A stretch of DNA of 64,000 nucleotides from Octopus vulgaris (lineage: Eukaryota): assembly GCA_951406725.2 (NCBI GenBank), contig OX597817.1:37138001-37202000 (forward strand), in the 5' to 3' direction. Positions 40,189 through 52,150 of the stretch are shown here, one piece after another. The number at the start of each line of letters is the position of its first letter. Positions within the stretch are counted from its first letter, which is position 1. The position numbers and the translations under genes are program-made. Under the pieces are notes generated by a model that saw only the letters and a list, made by a program, of their open reading frames with translations, did not search any database and had not been told where the DNA came from.

Positions 40189-40674
40189 AAATGTGTTGTT
40201 AAAAATGCACCTAAATTTTAAAATATTGTAAATCTTTAAAATACAATTATGTACATATATACCGATTTAGTTTCAACAATATTTTTTTTTATCAATGGTA
40301 AACTTTTAAAATTATGAATTAGAAAAAACATCTTTGTTTATCAATGGTAAAAGTCTAAAATTATGAATTAAAAAAAAAAACATCTTTAAAAGTTTCAATG
40401 GTGACAAATTAAAATATTTCAATGTTAACAAATTAAAATGTTTCAGTGTTGACAAAGCAACATGTTCAGATAAATTTAGCATTATGAATTAGGAGGACGG
40501 GTGTAAGCTTGAATTTTCATAGCAGTCAATAATATCAAAACTGTATATCAATCTGTTTGAATGTACAAAGTTCATTAATGTTAGTGGTGGTCGATAAGTC
40601 ATACTGAAAAAAATAAGGAAGAAGTGAAAATAGTAAACTTGGTTTACAGTTTCTCTGATCCTTTCCGTAGACGC

Positions 40675-40725
<51 letters not shown>

Positions 40726-40728
<3 letters not shown>

Positions 40729-41390
40729 TCATATTCTTCTAACATCCGTTTTCCATGCTGGAATGAGTTGGACGGTTTGACAGGAGATGACCGGGTGAAG
40801 GGCTGTTTAGTCGCCATGTCTGTTGTGGTAATGTTTCTACGGCAGGATGCCCTTTACAACACTAACCACTTTACAGAGTTTACTGTGTGCCTTTACGCAG
40901 GTCGGGCACGGGTGCCTTTTACATGGTACCAGCACTTACGACCCGCAAGATTAGGCTTACTCAGTTTGAGAGGGTTGCAACGGACGAGCCTGTCTGCAAG
41001 GGCAACCACGTTTTTACATTGCTTGACGTGTCTTTTCAAGCACAACAAACCACCAGTGGTCTCAGTCCCCTGTCATCCCATATGAGAGTCCCAGCGTGTT
41101 GTAGATTCGTTAGCACTACTTCATCCCACGTATTCCCGGGTCTGTCCTCCCTCATTTTCCCTCTACAATTAGAGATTGGCAGCACTTGATGAAACTCTTC
41201 TCGTTCATACGTATTATATGGCCATACCAGCGCGGTATTCTCAGTTGCACACTTCATATTATGCCTCTTATACCCAGTTTGTCTCTCAAATCACTTACAC
41301 TATGTCGTACATGCATACTAACATTGCTCGTCCTGCGAAGCAAGCTGGCTCTTCATTTTTTTCAAGTCTTCGCATATCCTCAGTAGTCAC
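40726..41390 (-). mobile_element. RTE-clade LINE 3' end with 3' UTR
   Basis: ORF 41036-41257 contains RPGNTWDEVVLTNLQ (cf. GRPRKTWDEVV..DL). Tail motif tttctacggcaggatgccctt on the + strand. Confidence 0.8.
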
Positions 41391-41418
41391 TACTCTCTCT
41401 CTATATATATATATATAT

Positions 41419-41574
41419 ACTACAGGCTTCTTTCAGTTTCTACCAAATCAACTCCCACAGCTTTGATCGGACCGAGGCTATAGTAGAAGACAATTGTCCA
41501 AAGTGCCACGCAGCGGGACTGAACCCGGAACCATATGATTGGGAAGTAAGCTTCTTACCACACAGCTACGCCTG
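41419..41574 (-). mobile_element. SINE family B, 5' half
   Basis: ggcttctttcagttt...gggactgaacccggaaccat...cttaccacacagc. Confidence 0.85.
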
Positions 41575-42250
41575 TGTGTTATATCTGAAACTTATGCTCT
41601 GTCCTTAGATTATATTTCCATTTCACTGTACACCATACATACACACACATACACACGCGCGCGCGAGTGTGTGTGTGTACGTAATGTGTTGAACATGTTT
41701 TTAATATCTGATGTAAATTGAAGATACTCTATACGATAATTCTGGGTGTTCCAAGCCTTTTAATCTTTAACAGCCATTTTTTATGAATCTGCGTTTATAA
41801 AATGTATGTATGACTCAAAATGTATCTCGCATTTGGTACTCGATTTGAGGTTTGGAAGGTAAAGCAAATGGAATTTATGAAATCCCAATACAAGCACAAA
41901 AGTGTAATTACTTACGGAAGTCGAAACTCATTAATTACAACATTTAAAAATATAACTCTGCCGTGATACATGGGAAATATTACCAAGGTGCAATACACAG
42001 AAATTTTTACTCGGATATGAGTATATGAAAAGTATATTGCTAGGTGACCTCTGATATATATAAAGTTATGACACGAACCGTTCAGTAAATTGCTGGGAGA
42101 TGGCTGCTAAAGTATATCGTTAAGTCTTGAAGCCAAGAATATATTGACAGCATATGAAATGTATGGTTATTTTCAAACTTACATTGTCTTTCAATAATAT
42201 ACAAGACATCTCGTTACTGCAATGCATTTGTGTATATTTTTGTTGTTGCT

Positions 42251-42319
<69 letters not shown>

Positions 42320-44450
42320 CAACAGCAGTTCGCAGGCCGTGTTTGAGTTTCTGAATTCACTGATTCTACATTCCGGGCCTACCCAAAATATAAACATGTA
42401 AATGCGTGCACACATACACATATGTATGTATAAGTGTGTTTATGCATGTGTGTGTGTGATATTGTCTGTGTGCAGAATCTAACATACAAACCAAGATTTT
42501 CCTTGGTTTCTGTTAAGTTTTGTATAGTAAAAACATTTACATATTTTGAACCTACATAAAGAAGTTGTTGCAATATGTTATTCCAACTATTTCAGCGGCC
42601 AATGGAATTAATCATATGAACATTAATATCTGAGAAGACACCACATTGTTCTTCTATAATTAAGACGAATACTTAATTATAAATTATCTCATTTCAGCAA
42701 GGTGTGAAAATGTATAAAATGCCACTAGTTATGCAAATGAAACTTTTCTTAATGATTCGTAAAAGGAGTTAATTTTCATTAGTAGTCCATTCTGCAACTA
42801 GCACAATTGCCTCTGTATTATACCATTGTCTAAAAGTCTTCATTTTATGAAATTACAATACTGAGCTGCGGCAAAAAAGGCGATAAAAAAAGTGAGTATT
42901 AAAACAGTCATGCAACTCACGCCCTACTACCTTTCAAAAAAAAAAAAAAACCGTACACATTGAACTATGTACACCCTCTACAGTCTGGATGGGATTAAGC
43001 AGGAAGTTCAGAGCCGGATCACATTTACTCACAGATCTATTAGAAATGGGTTGACAGTAGATAAACTGCTACTACTGCAAGTACCACCACCTCTACTACT
43101 GCTGCTGCTGCTGTTGCTGCTATGGCGACGACAACAACAACTACTGCTGCGGTTGCTGAGTTGCTGTTCCTCTACTTCTGCTGCTGGGAATAAGCACGGA
43201 CGATATTCCGAAATTATCAACGTTTGTTTCCAATATCTTAATGCTAGGTTAATTATAAACTCATAATTAGCTATGAATGCTCAAGGAAGCAGAGATAAGT
43301 ATCTCACTTTAGGGTATAACGAAATTCCTTAAACAGGACATGAAGTATTAGCCTGATGATGATTAATGTCTAATTATAGTCTATAATTATATGCCTTATG
43401 TTATCTTAAGAAAAAAAAACGCCTTCATTCTGCCCCAGGAGAGACTATATGAATGATATATTGTTAATTATAAATAAGACAACTAGATTAGAGTGTCTGT
43501 CGCAAATGAAGATTTTTGTTGTAACTAGGAATAAAAATTAAGTCACATATTTCATAGTTATTTGTTGTTAGTCTTTTTCTTTTCCGTTTATTCTTTGTCT
43601 GTCTTTTATTCCTTGGGATTAACTGCATTTACTGCCCAATCGCAGTTTGTGATTGTTCGGTACCTCGGATTACATTAACAATTGTTTTTCGCAAGTTTTT
43701 ATGGCAATAACTTCTAGCCATCAAATCTAACTCCTCCAGTGAAAGAGATAGATTTGATTGCTATTTCATGCAACACGCATAGCAACACAAATACTTCTTT
43801 ATCGACTCAAATGTAGTCTTTTATTTTCCACTGACGTTATAAAATGATTTAGTTCCCTTCTATTAACAACGGTAACAAATGCCTTTTTAAGATGTAAAAT
43901 AGTCGCTGAGACTCTCTTTTTCCATCCTTTTATTGATTCCATTTAGGCTTCAACTCCGGCACAATTCAGACAAAGATGCTATCATTATCTAATCCACGAT
44001 TGTATGGAGACAAATTATTTCTGATTACATTATCAGAAATATTGCATATTTTTATTTAAAATTTTAAGATGCTAAATATCTCCCACAAAAACCTTCGAGA
44101 TATCTTTATGTTAACACGTTAGCAGTGAGCCACCAGGATGACTTATATTGCATAAGCACATGCACGCGCGCGCATACACACACATACACGTACGCACATG
44201 CTACTGTCGAACAGTGATGATGGGCTATCTAAACCGCATTAGTGGATAATTATTCCTTATTTGTGGCTTAATATGATTACGAATGGTCTCATGTAGGGCA
44301 GGTCTTTACAATTGCTCTCCTATACAACATGGAAACGTTGATACCCGTTTCCAATTTGTAATTGTAAGAAACTGTGTTTGTCGTAGACAATTTCTTTGAT
44401 TAACCTATGCGGGAACCCTCGTGCACCTCTATATTTTTAACTATATATAC

Positions 44451-44600
44451 GGCCGTGTGGTAAGAAACTAGCTTCCCAACATCATGCCCCTGAATTCAGT
44501 TCCACTGGGTGGAACTTTGGGCAACTGTCTTCCACTATAGCCATCGGCCCGAAGAAAGCCTTCTGAGTAGATTTGGTAGACAGAAACTGACAGAAGCCTG

Positions 44601-44602
<2 letters not shown>
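44451..44602 (+). mobile_element. SINE family B, 5' half
   Basis: gtgtggtaag...ttcagttccact...ttgggcaactgtcttc...gatttggtagacagaaactga. Confidence 0.85.
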
Positions 44603-44635
<33 letters not shown>

Positions 44636-44639
<4 letters not shown>

Positions 44640-44883
44640 AATGTAATATGTGACAATTATTCGGTAGCCATGATAAAACTCCGAGTTTCGGATGCCGAGG
44701 TTAGTATTTATCCGATGGCCGGATAACTGAAGAGATGGCGGCGTGGATTTCCACCTCGGCATCCGGGACTTGGAGTTTTATCATGGCTACTGAATAATTG
44801 TCACATATTACATTTACAGCTAAATTCCTCTATTTAGATAATATTGAGGTCGCTTTCTTTCTTTTGTTGTCTTAACATTTTTA

Positions 44884-44886
<3 letters not shown>
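44636..44886 (+). mobile_element. Fold-back hammerhead element (family of 48632), inside (TA)n
   Basis: Arms 44636-44701 and 44753-44818 are inverted. The tail to about 44886 is shared with 48787-48858. Confidence 0.85.
44717..44788 (+). ncRNA. Type I hammerhead fold (GAAA mutated to GGGA)
   Basis: GGCCGGATAA-CTGAAGA-GATG...CATC-C-GGGA-CTTGGAG-TT-TTATCATGGCT. The inverted arm preserves GAAACTCGGAGTT. Confidence 0.75.
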
Positions 44887-44940
<54 letters not shown>

Positions 44941-45170
44941 CTATGGTTACAGAACAAACAAATACAAGGTCATCCACGTAACATTTCATATCTCGAACAT
45001 TTAATCATAGAATATACATGTATAACATCACGGAAGATGAAATATAACTCATCAGTACAAGCATATAAGAAAATGCGAAAAAATGTGTGAATATAGTTCA
45101 TCAGTCCTATTAAACATTTTGTTCCTGATAAGAAACAATCACTGTATTATTGATATATATATATATATAT

Positions 45171-45530
45171 ACTCATAAAATACAGTGTACATTTAACCAC
45201 CCAAAAGGAATCCATTCATGGATTCCTTTTATTCACTCTTGTTTATACATCCTAATTTTTTAGGATATATAAACAAGAGGCATATAATTTGATTACCTCG
45301 TGTTTATATATTTAATCTGAGGTGTACCTGTTGATGACGATTTCACCTAGCAAATTATCTTATTTGCAAAACTAAAATCAGAAACGAATTGGTCAATGAA
45401 ACTAGATGGTCAAAGTTTTCATTTTTCATTTCGTTCTTTTCGGATTTTATCCCTAATGCGGTTGAACAATTATATAGATATCTCTTGACTTGAAACCATT
45501 GGTAGCCTTTTGTAACCCACAAATAAAGCA
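45171..45530 (+). mobile_element. Hairpin-rich (TA)n-flanked element with degenerate hammerhead-like motif
   Basis: Hairpins aaaaggaatccat/atggattcctttt and ctcttgtttata..cctaa/ttagg..tataaacaagag. TTGATGA (45331)...GATTT/AAATC...GAAACGAATTGGTC (45381-45394); stem I is not supported. Confidence 0.5.
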
Positions 45531-47815
45531 TATATATATGTGTCTGTGTGTGTGTGTGTGTGTGTACACGCGTGTGTATTTAGGTTATTTGCATTGCATG
45601 TTGCATATCATTTTTTCTTTTAGCTTCAAGTATACAAATATAATCTATAAAGTAACATTAAAACGTTAATGTCACCATGGGTAACATCCATCGAGATCTT
45701 TTGAGTGGAAAAAATGTTCTGATCAGTACATGATTATAGTGCTTGTATTTGTTTTAATTTTTATTTTTACTTGAATCCAAGTTTGACGATAAGGCTTTAG
45801 CGATCGCTCAGCTGCAACGATACAGTTAGTAAGTCATTTGTGAAAGCGGTTTGAACTAGAATGAATTATTATTTCATAATCTAATTCATGTTCTTTAACT
45901 ACCCTTAGCATTTGAAGGAAATTCACGTTCCTTGACATTTGAAGGAGAGACGACGTATAAAAAGCATAAGAAAAATTAAGTTAGTATCTGCTGAAAAAGT
46001 CAAATTATTTTAAAGAAATATAATTTTTCCTCTCACTTTATAATTAACTAATGCTAGCTTTTTAATCACTGTTCAGTAAGCTGTGTCGAATGACTATGTT
46101 GGCTCTTTAGATTTCCACATTTCTAACACAGTGTTGTAAAACGGAAGCTTGGGAACAATTTAAAGAATACACAAACGCAAATCAAAACTGGGTTTAGAAA
46201 ATACTCTTCGGTTTCCCATGTGCCACATACTTTACAAATCTCAAGTTTACATTGCTTTCTTACTTCTCAACAAATGAAATCTTTAATGGATTAACCTGGA
46301 ATCTAAATCTTAGTACAGGGATTGACCTAGAATTCTAACCGCATTGTAAACATTCCCATAGCTTCTACATTGCAGATACTACAGTGGATACGTTTGTAGA
46401 TATATAACAGATTGGGGATAGGATGGGGTCATTTACTTAAAAGCGACTTTTAAAAAAAGTTCTTGTCGGCGTTTCTTTAGTAGACATTGTTGATAATTAA
46501 GATTGTGTATGAATGTGTGGGAGTGACATAGAATAAGCGATAAGTGTTCTATGTTACAAATGTTTAGCTTAATTCAGTTCTTGGTTCAGATGTTTCATTT
46601 GGGTCACCCCAGACTTTGCTAAAGTTATGATTGTAGTATAGTCCGATTGCACTCTCCTATAAATGTATATTTAAATTCTTTTATATATGTGGCTAAAGAA
46701 ATGTGCACATGTTTGTATGCTTTGGAGTGAAAGAGTTCAAAAACAGGCTTGACCAAATCCATAGGATACCAGTCTGCTAAAGGAAAGATCAAAGCATTGT
46801 ACGAACCAGCCAGGTGGTCTTATAGGAGGCATATGACCAAGAAATCGCAGCCAAACCGCTATCAAATTCTACCATACCGCCATGGTAAATGAACGCATTA
46901 CATAATGCGATTTTGTATACAACACTCCTAAAAATTATGTTCACGCGGATGTCATTACAAATGGAATGTTTTTGATCCTAGGTCCGCTAGATTGTAGGTT
47001 TCTTCTGCAACAAAATGCAATATCAACAGCAACAGACTATACTGCTTCACGCACACGATGTATTCAAGTGGTTCATGTTATGTAACTGTATCGAAGAACC
47101 GTTGATGTGCAAAGGTTAGCACAGTATATATTAAGAATATTATAAAACTGGAAGGAGTGTCTCTCCTCCTATTGCTGTATTTAAATATAAAAGAGATATA
47201 GTTTCGATATGGATCAGATCCATCAGATTCCCTCGAGCATGACTCTTAAAACTGTAATAAATGGTATTCACAGGAGCTTTATAACTGCATATCATCTCAT
47301 GTTATCTATAACAAAAAAGGCATCATACAATGAAGTCCTTTATATCTATAAAGATGTGATGATCAGCGCTGGAATATTTTTGATCTGCTGGATTTAATCG
47401 ATGTATGCCGCAATGACCATAGAATTACTACGATTTGACGAATCACGTGTAGGCCACTACGTGGTCGATTGCGATAAATTAAGTACCAGTTAAGAACTGG
47501 GGTCGATGTAATCGACTTTCCCCTTTCAGACCTTCTGCCTATAGTAGAAAAAGCTACGAGGTCGATTGAGCTATTTGTTTAAAACAATCAAATCGTACTT
47601 ATTACTATCTTTAAAATGAAGAATCTATTGAATCATGCTCCACATTCCAAAATAAATTGAATCTTGGATAAAGTAGTCTTAATCATAGGTATGTTGGCTA
47701 ATAACTGTCTTAAGGTTAAACAAGAATAGCAGCATAAACAACAATAATATATATAAGTTTTAAATCTACTGAACAGTCACCTTTCTCTATAAGCAACTTT
47801 ATGCATACACACACG

Positions 47816-47865
<50 letters not shown>

Positions 47866-47968
47866 TGCGTATGTGAGTGAGCGCGCGTGTATGCATTTGT
47901 ATGTCTGTGTCTGGAACATCAGTGTATTACAAAAGATTAATTCAAATCAGATCGGTTACACACTCTTT

Positions 47969-48026
47969 TTTTTACTCTTTTACTGGTTTCAGTCATTTGA
48001 CTGCGGCCATGCTGGAGCACCGCCTT
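47969..48026 (-). mobile_element. SINE B / CR1-type 3' tail fragment
   Basis: ttttactggtttcagtcatttgactgcggccatgctggagcaccgcct. Confidence 0.85.
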
Positions 48027-48256
48027 TTTGTTACAATAACAAAGATACTGAGACGTTATGTTATAGATTTTTGATTAGCCCTAATATTTCGAGTAAACGT
48101 TCGAGAAAGATAGAGAGGGAAAGAGCGCGAGGGAGACGTGCACATACACACACACATACACACACTCACTCACAAACGGATATGAATTATATGTTAAGAC
48201 ATATAATTCATATCTCTTTTCCCCGTAGCAATGTTCTAAAAACATATTTTGACATG

Positions 48257-48300
<44 letters not shown>

Positions 48301-48411
48301 TCAGTACCTTTCTTACTTTTATATCTTGTGCTCAGTGTTAAACCCGCACTATTTATAATCATCTATTTCACACAGATTCTCTACACATTCCTTGTTATTG
48401 CATAGAAAGTA

Positions 48412-48447
<36 letters not shown>

Positions 48448-48556
48448 GCCTTTCTGCCTGTCTGTCTGTCTGTCTCTGTCTCTGTCTGTCTGTATGTCTG
48501 TTTGTCTGTCTGTCTGTATGTATGTCTGTCTGTCTGTCTCTGTCTGTCTGTCTGTC

Positions 48557-48593
<37 letters not shown>

Positions 48594-48630
48594 GTCTGTC
48601 TGGCTGTATGTCTGTCTGTATGTCTGTCTG
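48412..48630. repeat. (TGTC)n microsatellite
   Basis: Direct inspection. Confidence 0.97.
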
Positions 48631-48631
48631 T

Positions 48632-48854
48632 AAAATAATATGTGACAATTATTCGGTAGCCAAGATAAAACTCTGAGTTTCGGATGCCGAGGTGGAAATC
48701 CACTACACCATCTCTTCGGTTATCTGGCCATCTGAAAAACTCAGAGTTTTATCTGGGCTACCGAATAATTGTCACATATTATTTTTCAGATAAATTTCCT
48801 CTATTTACATAATATTGAGGTCTCTTTCTTTCTTTTGTTATCTTACCGATTTTA

Positions 48855-48858
<4 letters not shown>
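48632..48858 (+). mobile_element. Fold-back hammerhead element (family of 44636)
   Basis: Arms 48632-48680 and 48737-48786. Same sequence family as 44636 but with a different inversion breakpoint. Confidence 0.85.
48658..48729 (-). ncRNA. Type I hammerhead fold, U4C variant core
   Basis: GGCCAGATAA-CCGAAGA-GATG...CATC-C-GAAA-CTCAGAG-TT-TTATCTTGGCT. Stem I has 10 pairs with one bulge; stem III is quasi-palindromic. Confidence 0.8.
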
Positions 48859-48891
<33 letters not shown>

Positions 48892-49199
48892 AATATGAGG
48901 GATTTACTTCACTGATGATCTAAACCAGTGATCGCCAAAGGGGATCCGAGGGAGCCCCTAGGTGATCATTTTGGCCGCCATGGGTTTTGCAGTAAATCAC
49001 TAAATCATCCATAACTTTTGTATTATCCTATCAAATTACACCAAAATCTCAGACCATAACAATTAATATCGTATTTATTGTGTGTGAAAATTATAGAATA
49101 TAAAACAACTTTGATAAAAACTTATATCTACTTTTCTGGCGAAAACAATGGCGTTCTGAATATTTTGGCCGCAACTGTATATATATATATATATATATA

Positions 49200-49622
49200 T
49201 AAACAAGTCAAATTGCGATAAAATAATTTTAATTATTATCGCTGGTATTTCTAGCACAAGCCATATATTATTCATATATCAGTACATTAAGGCGAAATAT
49301 GTGCTAGAAACACAGAAGCTAGATAAATTTAGTGAAATGAAAATAAAAACATTTACTAACTCGGTTCCTCTTAGACTGCAGTTTCGTTCTTTTCAGCAAT
49401 AAAGATAATTTATTTGCTCAGGGAGAATTCATCGGTAAGAGCCCTGTTGTTCTGAGATCCTAACTCACTAGAAGCATGTGCTTCTAATGATTTGCTCTCT
49501 CTAACTAATCAGATCACTGCGCAGACTCAGAACGTCCCGACAAAACTAGGGATTTCTGGTATATTGTCTAACGCTCCAAATTTATCGAGAAATATGTAAA
49601 CAAGTCAAATTGCGATAAAATA
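49200..49622 (-). mobile_element. 397-bp unit with 26-bp terminal direct repeat and one hammerhead (retrozyme-like)
   Basis: taaacaagtcaaattgcgataaaata is identical at 49200-49225 and 49597-49622. (TA)n lies on both sides. Several internal hairpins. Confidence 0.7.
49368..49441 (-). ncRNA. Type I hammerhead fold, U4C variant core, GUC site
   Basis: CTCTTA-CCGATGA-A-TTCT...AGAA-C-GAAA-CTGCAG-TC-TAAGAG. Perfect 6-bp stem I and palindromic ACTGCAGT stem III. Confidence 0.8.
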
Positions 49623-49652
49623 TATACGATATATTGCGATATATATATATAC

Positions 49653-50051
49653 TCTTTTACTTGTTTCAATCATGTGGCTGTGGCCATGCTGGACCACCAC
49701 CTTTATTCGAGCAAATCGATCCCAGGACTTATTCTTGTAAGCCTAGTACTTATTCTATCGGTCTCTTTTGCTGAACCGCTAATTTACGGGGACGTACACA
49801 TACCATCATCGGTTGTCAAGCGATGTTGGGGGAAACAAACATAGACACACAAACATATAAATTCACACATACAAATATATACATATATACGACGGGCTTC
49901 TTTCAGTTTCCGTCTACCAAATCCACTCAAGGATTTGGTCGACTCGAAGCTACAGTAGAAGACACTTGCCCAAGGCGCCACGCAATGGAACTGAACGCGG
50001 AACCATGTGGTTCGTAAGCATGCTACTTACCACACAGCCATTCCTACGCCT
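49653..50051 (-). mobile_element. SINE family B
   Basis: Near full-length match to 23127-23576. Confidence 0.92.
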
Positions 50052-51608
50052 ATGTATGTATGTATGTATAATTGGCTATTGCAATTTTCGTCAACCCGAT
50101 TCCACTCACTGATCACCGTCAACTCGGAAGAAAGGAAATGACACTTGACCACGGTGTAATACAGTGAGATGAAAATCAGAACTTGGTGTTTGTGAATTCT
50201 ATTTCTTAACTACCAGAGCCTCTGAGTTTAGAAGGATAGGGTTAAGTTGATAAATGAAATAAGTGGTGATAATTCATACCGTTGCGATTTAAATATAACC
50301 ATGGTTCTACTTTTGCTGCTACTGTTTACCATTAACATTGACCGATTTCTATCGTGTCTTTAGTCACCCTGTCTTCGTCTTTCTCACTATCATCCTTATA
50401 TTATACTCATCTTCTTCATCATAATCTCCATCATCATTCCCTGCCAGAACTAAAATCATTCCAATACACCTCTTGTTTTTTTTTTAGTGTATTTTTGATG
50501 ATCACAAGATAGCAAAAAGGCAGTAAGAGAGAGAGAGACAGAGAGAGAGATAGGAAAAGAGAGAGAGGAAGGAAGGAAGGAAAGAACGAAAGAAAGAATG
50601 AAAGTGATAACGAAGATGTAAATTTCTAATGAATGGAATGGCAGAGATAAGTGTATGCGCGAAAATATTTAAATGTCTAACACCGTTATCTATTTGAAAA
50701 CGTTAATAACTGCCATTTCTTTATAGCCAGGAGCAATAAATAAATGAATTAGACAAATAAATAAATTAATTAAGGAACACTGATTGACATTTCTGTCTCG
50801 ATTTGAATCAATTTGACATTGATTTGCAGTCCACAGATAACTTGATAGAAGCAAAAGACACATATTTTGTGTTAAGAGCATAAAAGAAAAAAAAGAAAAA
50901 AACATTTAGAATCACAGGTTTGCATATAAATCTCTAGAAACGTTTTACAGCATCCGCTCTCGCCTCCTCTCTCTTCCCCATCTGTCGCCCTTGTTATCAC
51001 TACCGCAACACTAAAACCATTTTTCACCCTCAATCCAAACTGTAGCTTCTGTCAGCACTACTGACTTTAAATTAATGACCTTCACTACTGATATCAATAA
51101 TAACAACGACACCTACACCAAGTAATGTCATGGACACTATAATTATTCAATGTGTTGCTATCTAAATTTCAGCATAAATTGATTGAAATCAGAGCGGCTT
51201 ATATTGCCCAATACAAGAATACGATTCAATGAATATATTAGAATGGGAAATGGCGTGATATAAACTGATTCAAAGCTCATTTGTATAAGCGTGCCAATAT
51301 TTTTATCAATTATTTATTTGTTTATTTCGAAAAAACAGCCAATCCCTGTTTAGTTGCTCTATCTACGATGCTGTTAAATTGGTAAAACCTTGATGTCACT
51401 AAAGGTTTGACTTAGATTATATTTTCTTATACAAACACCATTATCTCGTCATTTTCTAACGCAAACTTCGTTATCTTGTCATTTTCTTAATACTTTAATG
51501 CCCCAGCGGGCATGTATGATTTCAGATTTAGGTAAAAGGTCAGCAATTTGGATAAGAGAGAAAATAGTCGACATCATCTATACAACCAACTGTAATTTTT
51601 CATTTGTG

Positions 51609-52150
51609 GACTGAGAGGCTGGTTTATTAGAGATCCCCTCTGCACCTTTTTTGTGGCCTGAGAGGCTGGTTTATTAGAGACCCCCTCCACACTTTTGTTT
51701 TTGTTGACTGAGAGGCTGGTTTATTAGAGACCCCTCCACACTTATTTGTGGACTGAGAGGCTTGTTTAATAGAGACCCCCTCCACACTTTTGTTTTTGTT
51801 GACTGAGAGGCTGGTTTATTAGAGACCCCCTCCACACTTCGTTTTTGTTGACTGAGAGGCTAGTTTATTAGAGACCCCCTCCACACTTTTGTTTTTGTTG
51901 ACTGAGAGGCTGGTTTATTAGAGACCCTCTCCACACTTTTGTTTTTGTTGACTAAGAGGCTGGTTTATTAGATACACCCTCCATACTTTTGTTTTTGTTG
52001 ACTGAGAGGCTGGTTTATTAGATACCCCCTCCACACTTTTCTTTTTGTTGACTGAGCGGCTGGTTTATTAGAGACCTTCTCCACACTTTTGTTTTCGTTG
52101 ACTGAGAGGCTGGTTTATTAGGGACCCCCTCCACACTTTTCTTTTTTGAC
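51609..52150. repeat. Minisatellite, 50-bp unit, 11 copies
   Basis: gactgagaggctggtttattagagaccccctccacacttttgtttttgtt starts at about 51609, 51657, 51706, 51751, 51801, 51850, 51900, 51950, 52000, 52050 and 52100. Confidence 0.98.

Noticed and set aside
43029-43220. Ser-rich minus-strand ORF ending at a GTGAGT donor, possible exon
   Set aside because: Mostly trinucleotide repeat, weak acceptor, no partner exons or domain.
45900-46790. Possible very old LINE RT relic; similar hints at 2000-2345, 10820-11220, 59560-60200 and 62500-63150
   Set aside because: Only isolated short motifs; needs a profile search.
51609-52150. CRISPR-like regular repeats
   Set aside because: Units are contiguous with no unique spacers, there are no cas genes, and the context is eukaryotic.
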